Position numbers and translations under genes: made by a program
The notes under the pieces: model-generated
Seen by the model: the letters and a program-made list of their open reading frames with translations, nothing else
Told to the model about the DNA's origin: nothing
Databases searched by the model: none
Shown: piece after piece, positions 51,536 through 62,600 of the stretch
Layout: each line of letters opens with the position of its first letter
Numbering within the stretch: the stretch's first letter is position 1
NCBI GenBank assembly: GCA_037447605.1
Contig: CM074804.1
Location: forward strand, 3,759,909 to 3,823,908
Length of the DNA stretch: 64,000 nucleotides
Direction: 5' to 3'
Origin: Zygnema circumcarinatum SAG 698-1b
Lineage: Eukaryota; Plantae; Zygnematophyceae

Positions 51536-53273
51536 AAGAGGGGAACTGCACTTCACTTCAAATTAAATCTGCAGTTGCTGCATTGCACAGTGAGCCCACT
51601 CCCTTACCGTGACAGTGGGTTCCGGGTCTCCGTGGCTCCTATGCTTCAGCTGCCGCCTCTGCAGGTTGCGCTGCTCCTCCTCGTGCTTCTGCCTGAGCTC
51701 GTGCTGCTCCTGCTCCTGCTGCTGCTTCAGCAGAGCCGTCTCCAAAAGCTCGTCCTTCTTCAAGTGCCTCTCCTCTCTCACCTCCCACACCATGCCCTCC
51801 TTTCCGCTCCCGTCCACATCCATCTCGATCTTTACCAACCCTGACTGCCCTCCAGGAGGAGAACTTCCAAGAATGGCCTGCGAGGCAGAAGACGCCAACC
51901 ACTGCTCCGTCTCTGCAGAGATGCTGCTGTTGAGCTGGGAGCTGCTGTTGAGCTGCGAGCTGCTGCTGAAGAATGGGGACAGAGAAGGAGAGAGATAGAA
52001 CAAGAGACCCCCTGAGCAACTGACGAGCAGATAGAAAGTCCCAAATAGAGTAGTCCTCCCGAGTTCTCTTGCACGCGATCAAGCAAACTTTGAGCAAGTT
52101 TTTTTCACGGAGGTAAGTGGAGCCTGCAGTAGTACCTGAGCAGCTTCTCCATGTCCTCTGCATGGTTGACGTTCCCCCAGCCGTACTCCAGCAGGTTGCT
52201 CCGATTGGCCTCCTCCTCGTCTCCCTCGAAGAGCTCCACATCTCCGTCCGCAGGCCCCACATCGTTGAGAGAAAAGTGGCAGGAAGTAGAAACCACTGCA
52301 GGGTCCTCCTCCTCAAACATTCCTTTTCCGCTCATGTAGACCCCCATGTGTCCCAACTCCTCCGCCTCCACTTTCACTTCCCGTGCTGTGGCTTCTTGCT
52401 CTCCTCCCTCCATCGCATGCGGAAGCAGCGATACATCCTCTCCTCCTAGCCCACCTCCCTCTCTAACCCCATTGGAGGACCTGAACTCTCCACCCTCCCC
52501 AATAGCTTCCTCCGTTTCCGCCAGCATAGAGCCATTTTTCGACCCCCTGACGAGCACCTCCGCTACCTCCACCCCCTTTTGGGAACCCCCCGTCCTCTCC
52601 CCTTTGGACTGCTCCCTGTGCAGTTGTTTCCGTCGGTCCGTCCCGGGACCCCATACCCCGCCCATCTCCTCCTCCACTCCCGGAACGATGTGGTCGTCAG
52701 TTTCTCCGAACTCCTCCCACACCATGTCGTCAAACTGCAGGGCAGACACCCTCTATAATTTGATATTATTATCACACAAACACATGACTTTTGCGAGGGA
52801 TACAGTTGCTCCAAATGAATATATAAACGATGGGTAGGTGGCTGCCGGAAAGGGTACAGAGGGAGAAACTATTGGACTTCCACATTAGCATGTAGTCATT
52901 TGACTTTTTTACGCGTTACGTTATAGAAATCATTGACCTCGATAAGTCGGCAGGATTTAGACCTTTTAATTAGGGAAAACGAAAGGCTTCATACATAGGA
53001 TTTCAAACAATTAAGTATTGGAACGATTGTAGCAGGATATAATTACTGCCAGAAAAGGGAGAGAGGGAGGGGGGGGAGGAGGAGAGAGAGCAGAAAGCGC
53101 CTGGATCATGGGTAATATCACAGGTGAAAAAGGGCAGCATGCTATCACGTAGTGCAGTTCCCCCCCCCCTCCCAGCAACATAAGGACATGCTTTACAGGG
53201 CTAGGGAGCGGCATCTTACTGAGGACCAGCTCGTGATGGGATTCTCCGACTCATTGAATCCCCAAGATGACAT
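48826..53273 (-). CDS. LNK: LNK (night light-inducible and clock-regulated) family transcriptional co-regulator
   Basis: Exon 53273-53220 (MSSWGFNE..) then 52734-52136. All LNK blocks appear in order: FDDMVWEEFGETDDHIVP, LLEYGWGNVNHAEDMEKLLR, MTPQEKIEKLKWRQQM, LHQLETTLNK|LDIGTRLCIRDALFRLARSAIQR, ETETNPIDRNIANLLFHRP. Last exon 49882-48826. Confidence 0.88.
51433..51530. repeat. (AG)n microsatellite in an LNK intron
   Basis: Seen directly; lies within intron 51607-51363. Confidence 0.98.
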
Positions 53274-53989
53274 CGAGCCTCTGCTATGATTTCACCAATG
53301 AGAAGTGCGAACGCACCCCTTTCACCGCCCCTCCCTCACTGCCTTGCGAAACTAGAGTAGCTGCATATGAATCTGCTATGAGAGGCTATGCGCCAACGAC
53401 AGGCCTATCTTCGACGAGAAAGTTGGGCAGCCTGTTTCCTAAATTTATCCGACTGCAGAGCGCCTGCGATGCGTTCACCTTATCCTCCAAAAATAAGCAT
53501 ATCTCCTTTCTAGCATGCTACGGAGGGCCTCCGCTGCAGGAGAGCAGCAGCTGCATGCGCCGCTTGCAGTGTCTGCATGAAGGTGTCCGCCGCCACATAT
53601 CCAGCGAAGGAAAGGAAGCGCAAAAAAGACCGTCCAAATCTTGTCCTTTTCTTCACTCCGCCCGGAGGCTCCTCCTCGCGCCGGCTCCTCTAACCCTAGC
53701 CGTGCCAAGCGGTCCCAGAACACGCCTCCCGGACCAACAGCCCCTGTCACGCCGCTCCTGCCTCGCTCGGTTTGCCTCTGCCCTATCCCTATCCCTATCC
53801 CTACCCCACTTCGCTCCCTCTCCCTCTCCCTCTCCCTCTCCCTCTCCCCCTCCCCTCTCCCTCGGCCTCTCCCCCGCCCGCCCGCCCGCCCGCCCCCGAA
53901 CGGCCGTGCCCGGCCCGGCCCGACTCGTAACGTGGGGCGGAGGGCTCGCCCGGATCCGCACGGCCAATGGCGCGCGCGCAATAGATCCG

Positions 53990-54660
53990 CCGCAAAGATA
54001 TCCGCCACGTGGCCGCGCGCCCGCCGCAGCCCTTCCCGACCTGGCGCCAGGTGGACTTGAACTGCCACGTGGCGCGCGCCCCGGGCAGTGCGGCGCCGGA
54101 TCATCGACGGTGGCGGAGGCGGACGGACGGACGGACGGACGGACGGACGGACGGGACCTGCCGCGCAATCGAGCCGCGGGCGGACGGCCCGGGAACGGCC
54201 CGGGGACGGCCCAGGGACGAGCCGGGGACGGCCCGGGGACGGCCTGGGGACGAGCTGGGGACGAGCTGGGACGAGCTGGGGACGAGAGCTGGGGACGAGC
54301 CGGGGACGGCCAGGGGACGATACCGGTATTCAGTGACCGGCAGCGCACGGCGGGGGGGAGGGGGGTGCGCGCAGCGGATCGAATCGGATCGACGGCGGTC
54401 AGAGGCCGTCAGCGCTGCGAGCGAACGAACGGCCGTACGGCGGGCAGGGCAGGGTAGGGTAGGGTAGGGCTGACGTGGCGCTAACTGCAGGTCGCAGCAC
54501 GGGACCGCAGGCTTGTTGGCGTGCCGGTCGCGACGGGAAACGGAACGGCGGCGCATGGAGCGGCGCGCAGGCTGCGCGGAAAGTGCCCCCTCCACCAGAA
54601 GGCGCTGGCGCGGTCCCGACGCCTTCGGGGGGTGGGGGGCGGATTATAAGGCGGGAGGGC
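53990..54660. promoter_or_regulatory. Divergent promoter region between LNK and SAP12-like genes
   Basis: GCCACGTGGC G-boxes (cores at 54006-54011 and 54066-54071), TGACGTGG at 54471, and TATA-like TTATAA at ~54645 about 50 nt before the SAP ATG. Confidence 0.55.
54188..54320. repeat. Degenerate 11-12-bp tandem array (GGGGACG g/a c/g C c/t), about 11 units, preceded by (GGAC)n
   Basis: Seen directly. Confidence 0.85.
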
Positions 54661-54696
54661 GGCCATGGCGAAGGTGCGGGGAGCGCCGAGGGAGGC

Positions 54697-55732
54697 ATGG
54701 GAGGGACAGAGGCCTTTCCCCGCCTTGGGAGACACTGCGCAGAGGAGTCCTGTGGGCAGCTGGACTTTTTACCGTTCAAGTGCGATGCCTGCTCGCAGGT
54801 ACGACAGGAAAACCCTACCAATTGGGAGCTTTCTGGAACTGTTGCTTCATTGAAAAGGAGAAAATATAATGGTCCCCGCATGCTATTCAGTTTGTTGTTG
54901 AGTGTTGGGTTCTTGACGAGAATTGGTCAGGTATGGGGGATGATATCCTATGTTGTACAAGTGCCATGGTGGTTCTTGTGAACAGGTAATTATGGGTGGT
55001 CAGGCAGATAAATTGTACCTAAATTTTCCTGTTCTGGTTCGCAGATGTTCTGTTTGGAGCATCGGAATTACAAGGCACATGGATGTTCTAAACGGATTAG
55101 CAAGGATTCAGTGGTCTACCTGTGTCCCTTTTGTGGCAAATCTGTGAAGAGTATTTTGGGACAGACGTCGGATGATACCCTGCAGCAGCACAGATTGAAC
55201 CAATGTGAAGAGAAAGTCGTGCAGAAGCCAAAGTGTCCGGTCAAGGGCTGCAGTCAGACTCTGACGTTCTCCAACCGCGTACAGTGCAGGTGAGCGTTGC
55301 TCTACAGGAGGCGAGGATAGATGAGGGAATTTGCATGCAGTGCCCATACGACGCCTCTAGACAGGCGATTTAAAGATTGAACAGGAAGTTGGAAAGTTCA
55401 GAAATTCAAATGGTGTATAAGCAGAGCACCGGACCTCAGCGTATTGAGATAGATTTGAAGCTGCGGTGGTTCTCATTTACCCGTTGCATCCATGCAGGGA
55501 TTGTGGGAAAGATGTATGTTTGAAGCATCGGTTTGGCAGTGACCACCGATGTGCCTCTGCAGCTTCTAGCGCCGCCGAGGCAGGAGCGAGAAAGCCTACC
55601 AGTGCGGGCGCGAAATTCCTAGAGGCTCTTAGCAGGCGCACTGGAGCCGACTGTTCTTCAAACGTTGACAGCAAGTCTTATGGGTCTAGCCAATCTAAGC
55701 GAGATGGTGGAAAGAGCGTTCAGGCACATTAA
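54697..55732 (+). CDS. SAP12: AN1 zinc-finger stress-associated protein (SAP12/ZFAND1-like, two AN1 fingers), 3 exons
   Basis: Exons 54697-54798, 55045-55289 and 55498-55732 give [30 protein letters not shown]|[33 protein letters not shown]|[18 protein letters not shown]. Confidence 0.92.
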
Positions 55733-56675
55733 CGTTAGGCGGATGCAGTAGGACACCTAGGGATTGTACAGGTCTTTCAAGCTGGCAGTAGTTGGGCGCT
55801 CATTTGTAGTTTGGAGGAAATGGCAGTGCCGTTGCAGGATGACCTCGCGGACTAGAGGCGACAGAGTCTGTAGTTCAGTGGTATTTTAGCTCCAAGGCTT
55901 TGATTGTAAATATGTGATTGGAGGAGTCCGACGGATTTTCTGATTTGTCAAGTTTCTTTTTCCTGTCCTTGTCAATAAAGTGTTCCTCGGGCAACAGGTG
56001 AATATTCTGTCTAAATTTTTAGGTTGTGCGGAATCATCACATGTTTATGATGTGAATGGCGCCCATTCCATGGAGGACTGCAATTGACACATGTAAAAGG
56101 TTGGCAGGATAGCATGATTTTGGCCGTCCAATTTCTTTGGGTTCAAAGCCAATCTTGCTGGTCCAAGAGGGTGAGAGGAAAGGGATTGCCAGTCCTCCAA
56201 TCTTGTACGCAGGCCAACAGTTCATACACCTACGTCCAAATATATGCAAACTATTACATGAAGGGCAGCCCCAAAACTGCTTCATAGAAAAGGATAGGAT
56301 CATAAGCACGACTGGCGATGGCTATGGCTGATTGATTCCTGAGGAACACTCGTATATACACAAGGTGGTACAGAGGTAGTAAGGCAGACGAGGGCGAGGA
56401 AGCGATTTCCTCAGAACTAGAACAAACCGAGCTGACCACATGCATGTTTGCATCTGAAACCACCGCTTGACTCTTCCACACATCTACAACTGCAGTTGCA
56501 CCTCCCATACACCTCGTCCCAGCAGGTTGGAGCCCCACCTAAACACTCATTCCTTACCTCCGGAGTCTTGTGAGCATCTACGTTCCCTAGCCTGATGATG
56601 ACACCTCCAAACCTGAGGGCTGCATTATCCCCGCCCATTGCAGACTACGCAATGTGCGAGCAGTCAGAAGAGTAA

Positions 56676-59600
56676 CTAATTATGCCGAATGCCGTCCATG
56701 CGCAGCCATCTTTCCCCCACACGTTTGGCACGTTCTCTTGCCTGCGACTCGGTCAGTCCCCTCCGTACTTGCCGAATATCGTCCTCTGCAAGGAAGGACC
56801 TTGAACGGCGTGCACGGACTATTGCTGCTTTTGCCTGCCCCACACAGTATGATTCAAAAATGTTGGCTCTCTTGTGATAGAGACCCTTCTCTTCTGGTCG
56901 TCATTACTATCCCGCCCCATCTGCTGCAGGCGAAAGCAGCAAAACACTTACCAGAACATGAAGCCATCGTTTGCGCATAGCAGCTTCTTTGGCGCCTTCC
57001 TCTCCTACATCCACTGGACCACTCGCACTGAACGTGAGAGACACTACTTCCTTGGCTGTCGGAGATGCAAAAAGCACTTGGACATGAGCGGACCCCCCTC
57101 CTTTGCTCGCCATTCGGCTGGGACTTCGGCGAGCCTCGGTTTCAGAAAACAATGAACTATCTGCATACAAAAATATAAAAAGATGAACCGATGTTCAAAT
57201 GAAATCCAGCATTAAGTCTATACATTACTTTGTAAACCGACCGCATTGGTGTTAAATAGACCGGGAATCGGTAGCACCGACCTAACAAGTTAAACTACTG
57301 GCTCCCAACATATCCAACATTAAGGTTCAAAAAGTAAAACGCTAATCTTGATCACAGGGAAGGAACGTGCAAAGGAATGGGTCATCAGGCAGCTCATGAA
57401 TGGATGGATAAAGTCCCTCACTACGATCACTGAGGAAAAGGGGTGACATTCAGACTATTCCTCATCATCCGAGACAATTCAACCACATGTCTTGTCAATG
57501 CTGCAAACTTAGTCCTCTAAATATAAGACTCCTTGCAACAGCAAATCAAAGACAAAGATCGCACCTTCCAGTGTAGCGGCAGTGAAACTCGCAACGACAT
57601 CATGCATTGTCTCAAACTCCTCTCCAGCCGTGCCCGTGGTTTCCTCGCCTGCGCGACTTGATTCAAGGTCCTCCTTCCTTGCAGTGCCGCTCTCGTTCCT
57701 GTCTGTCTGTTTCAGTCCGTCCCCGGGCGGCGGCCCTCTCAGGCCGAGCACGAGCTTCGCGGTAGCCATGAAGCTGTGCTCCCTTTGACTGCCGTTGACC
57801 GCCGGTCGAGCTGCGCCTGCCATGGCGGCTGGATGGCCGGCCGGGAGAAGGCTCACCCTCAGAGAGGGGCCCCGCACTCGCGACTCTGCACCGACCACTT
57901 CCGGTCAGGATGCGAGGCACAGCTAAAGAGGGACGTCCAAGATGTGAAGCAAGCAAGAATATGTGTTGACGAGGAGTTTCTCGCCAGCCTTTCCCTTTCC
58001 CGCACCACTACTGAAGCGAGAACTTCTAGGGTAAGACAGCCACAGAATGCCGTAGGGAATGATGTAGTGGGCAAGATGCAAACATGCTGCTTGGCAGAGA
58101 TCGTGTGTGAGCAGGAGTCACGTGAGATATAAAACACAAGGACGACTATTGTCTCACCTTCTGCACTGAGCTGCACCCAGAGTGCTTGCAGTGGTCGAAA
58201 GTTGTGCAGAGCTGTACCAGATGGCAGGTCCTGCCGGCCACACTCATCCGCTCCCTCCTCAAATCAGCACATGGACACCCGTGTAACACTATGAAGGAAA
58301 ATACTTCCGTCAGCCTGCCGGCTCTATGCCCTTAAAGCAGTACTGGACTTCTGCGAGCATTTCCAGAATTGTCCATGAAGGTTCTAGATGCAACATGCAA
58401 CTCTGAATCAAATTTCTAACGGCAGAAAACCATCTCGCCTAGTTTTTCGCTGCTTGAACTGCTAGCAGGGTTCAACCGTCGGCAGACAGCAGAAGGCCTT
58501 TGCTTTGACTTCTTTCTAGCCATAGCACACTAGTTACTTTTCGTCAGGTCAAGCCACGAACCCCAGACATGTACTTGATTTCGGTCCGGCCAATCTCTTG
58601 CATGTGTCCAAATGAAGCGCACTGCAGAACTGATAAACTGACGGGCGTGGGGCGGAAGGTACCTTGGCGAACAGCATGCCTTGCAGGTCATAGTTCGGAA
58701 TAAACAGGAGCAGACCGTTGGCTTGAACCTTCTTCACCTGTGCAGCGACAACAAAAACAATGTCACACCTATTCTGTCCTTAGAGAGCCTTAAGACTGCT
58801 CCCCTCCCCGTGGTTTCTGAGAGGTTGCCCCGCCCACCACAGCGCGGTCCGTGTGCACGTGGCGGGTGAGGTAGAGCAGGAGGGCCCGCCGGCTGCAGGT
58901 TTTCTGCGCGGCCTTGCTCGCACGCTGCCGCGCGTTCATGTGCGCGCCCGCCTGCAACTCCAAGGGCAAGGGCAAGGAACCGCTCAGACTTAGCTACCAC
59001 ACTTATCTGCTTCGAAACGAGGTGAGTTTGAGCTTCATTGTTACGGATGCCCCGCACACTTTGCATTAATTTCTTCTAAATGGGAGAGGATGCTCGTCAA
59101 CCCGCCAAACACAATAGATTCAGCTATGCAAAGTTGCGGGCGAAATGCAACACCAGACAACGTGTACAGGCTCGTTTGGTAGACAGGAAGTGAACGCACC
59201 TTATGCAGTTCCTCAGTTGGCAGCAAGCCTGTCTTTCTGCTGTCACCCAACGGCGCAGGCAAAAGGCGTCGAGAAACTCCCTCCCTCCTCCCTTCCACTC
59301 TCTCACTCTCCTCTCTAAGTGATGACGAACGCATATCCTCTTGCTGTAAGCTCGCCATGAGGATACGGTGGACAACCACATCAGCATATCGTCGGATGGG
59401 AGAAGTGAAATGCGTGTAGAATCTGCAGACACTTCAATATGAGGACACTTAGTCCTGCAGCACTCTCGGAAGGCCCGCTTCAGGGCATTCACTATGCTAT
59501 GCGTGGTTATTCGACACAGCACCACCTGCCTTGTAAGTTTGACTCAGACATCTGAAAGTTTTGATTGTTCAATCCTCTAAATACGACGCAACCCCCTCGG

Positions 59601-62600
59601 CAATGTCATGCTTGAAAACTGAAAACCTTCTACGATCCTGCAATTCGTGAAGTAGTTCCAAGAAGCATTTGCTTAGCAATAGGATAGTCGGGAAGCCAGC
59701 TCTGAAGCAGACATCGCCTTCTTGAATTCCTTGCCTCACGCCCCTATGATTGCACAACTGGCAAAGTATACCCAGCTTCTGGATAAGTGCGTAACATTAT
59801 CATTCAAAAGGGCTAAGGTCAGAGGCGCTTATCGACCTTTGGTATTCGGTTCTCATACTCGAACCAAAACAGTAGCAATCGCCATGGCCAGGCATTCAAC
59901 CCTTGTTTTGAATTCCATACATATGATGCATGAAGCATAATCCGCACTGTGAGTGGAAGTGCTGAAGCTTCGGAATGGTGGCGATACAACAGCGACAAAA
60001 GCAATTTCATCGATCCCTGTTTTACTGAAGAGGCAGCACCCACTCACTTGAGCCCGAGGCCGTAGTGACGGATGGAGTCGGAATCGGCGACGAGCCCTGT
60101 GCAGAAATACTCCGCCTGCCACGCATTGAAAAAGGAAAGGAAAGGAAAGGGAGGAGTCAATCCCGGAATGTTTCTCGCCTCAGCTCTGCTACTATCGTCA
60201 GGCAAACCAAAGTGGTTCTCAGGCTTATCTTGGAGCTTCACCGTCATTAATGGAATTCACAGACCTGAGAATATGACCACTGCAGGAAACATGAAGTAAA
60301 AGGAGCAGCAAAAAGCAGCCCGATGAACCAAACAAAACAATATTACATCTTGCAGGCAAGAAAAAGCAGCAATGTGAAGCTGTGATTGCGAGGCATAGCA
60401 CGCTTGGGAGAGGCATCTTAAGTTGCTTTTGCCGAAAGGAGGAAAAGTTGCACCTCGGACATAGCTCGGGTCGCCATGGCCTTCACAGCCGCCTGCGGGC
60501 CCAAGCAGCCCGAGCACAATTGTGCAGTACTCAGTACCCAAAACTTGCAATTTGCCCACTTCGATTAAATGCTGAAACAATTGAGAAGTCCGCTCTTTTT
60601 GGAGGGTTTTTCGTAACTCGTGAACCCTCCCTCATACACAAAGCAAAAAGCCTCTGGTTGCCTTTCCAGACACTCACCTCAACAGTGCCTTCAACTTTGC
60701 CATGCAATCGCTCCAACGATTCTGCCAGTGCCTGCGTCATTCACACCTCTGCTCCCAGCTGAGCTATCCCTCCTTAAATGCGAATACTTTGCGCCTTGAA
60801 GCAACTATTGCGCCATTCAGTCCATCCCTCCGCCCAGAAAAGCATAGAATGTCACAAGGAACCTTATTGCTTGACGTGTCCAGTTCAATGGACTGCTCCA
60901 TGCAATACTGCATCCCCCCACCATTGTCCCCAGCGTGAGACCCACCTCCCATAGCATGCCTTACAAGCGGGCAGAACAATCATATATAATGTATCAGCAC
61001 CAATATCAAAAAAAAAAATATAGATATATTTGAATCGCCTCCTTAAGTTAGCCAATCCTTCCGAATCTCTGACTCTGCAGGTTCGAGCTCTTCCCCTCCC
61101 TCTGGCAACGAATAGAAGCACCTGCGCGAGATGGCGGAAGGAATCCTCTCGCGGTGCAGGATGTCGGCGGAGCAGCGCTGCGGAAGGGAACGCTCTGCAC
61201 ACGTGGGAGGCACAAGCATCACAAATGCAGCAAATAGATACAAGCGTGAAAACATTTGGAACCAACTTTTGCAGTGGAGGCACTGCGAAAAGTGGAAAGG
61301 GGACTTGCTGAAGGCGTTCGGGGAAAGTGGTAGAGGAATGCGATGGGAAATGAGTGCGTAAGGGGAAGTTGACGACTCTTAGCGCGTAATGGGCTCAACG
61401 CCAGTGCTAATGCAAAAACAATAGCTCTGCTTAGAAAACTGCTTAGTATGCTGTCAACATGATGCAACAAATGATACCAAATGTAGCGGGCTGAGAGAGA
61501 GAGTCATCTCGCTGGGAAATGCTGGTTTCCAGATTCATTGGTCTCCCAATCAATCCACGCCCCTATACGCTCCCCCCGTCGAACCCCCTACCAGCATGAG
61601 GGACCGGAAGCAGGGCTAGCCAATGGCGAGGCACCACGTGGCCATTCTGCTGACCAATGTCAGTGGGTCTGACAGTATGTCAGTGCGCTACCGCATGCCT
61701 TTGCTGACTTCAGTAGAATAAGCCAAAACAGCAAAATCCTGGCCCGGTAACCTCGTGTCTAGAGCTACTGTGGCATGTAAATCTTACTCATAGATTTGCT
61801 GCGCCACCGAGGCATTCGCAGCAATCATGAACTCGGCCACCACTCTGTTCATCTGCAAACCCCAGAGTTCTATATGAAGAACAAATGATGAATCTTTCTG
61901 CCACATAGAGCTCAAAACGATATGCAGATATCATCAATGGGTTTGGCCACTCTGCCATAAGGAAATCCAATCCATGGCAGCTTTCAGGTTGTGAATGCAA
62001 AATGCATCGGTCAACGTACGAGAATCTCCTTCTTGCTCTGCACCCGCACTGGCTCCCGCTTCTCGTTCAGTTCAAACCGCAGCTCCGCACTGCTCAACTG
62101 CAGGCCTCCGCTCTCCTCCCTTCTCTCTCGCAACTCCTGCTCATTAGAGCCACCCCCCTTCCATGCATTTCAGTCAGATGAGTCAGATTTTGAGGGCAGG
62201 GGTGGCAGCCTGCAGCAAAGGGCAAAGGCTAAGTACATACCACAGTGACATAACATTATAGCGCGCAGCAAAAAAAATCTTTCTACTTTATGAACCGTCC
62301 TGCTTAAGCAGCATTTGAGAACCATGATAGGAGACCACTGTACCTCAACTATATCACAGTCACGAGGTATAAACTTATATTCACCTGTCTTCCTAGGACA
62401 GAGTAGATAAGGATCTTTCTTCAACACCAATCCCTATCTGCAAAAGTTAGTAACTTTGGAGTAATAATCGAACAATGGGCGACCGTGAGCATTAGGGGGA
62501 TAGCGATACCTGGGCAAATGCAGCGAGCACAGTCAAATTGTTTTTTACAAACAGCACTTCAGAATCACCTCCCGGCAGCTGCCATTCAGCGGGCAGTTTC

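Noticed and set aside
53267-54595. Long ORFs on both strands between LNK and SAP12
   Set aside because: They arise from GC-rich microsatellite/promoter DNA depleted in stop codons; the translations are low-complexity.
54665-54853. Upstream out-of-frame ATG overlapping the SAP12 start
   Set aside because: Only ~15 nt downstream of the TATA-like box, so probably upstream of the TSS; no evidence it is transcribed.
56254-56638. Minus-strand ORFs as the last exon of the DIS3L-like gene
   Set aside because: An in-frame stop is reached at 56676 in the preceding exon, so this is more likely 3'-UTR.
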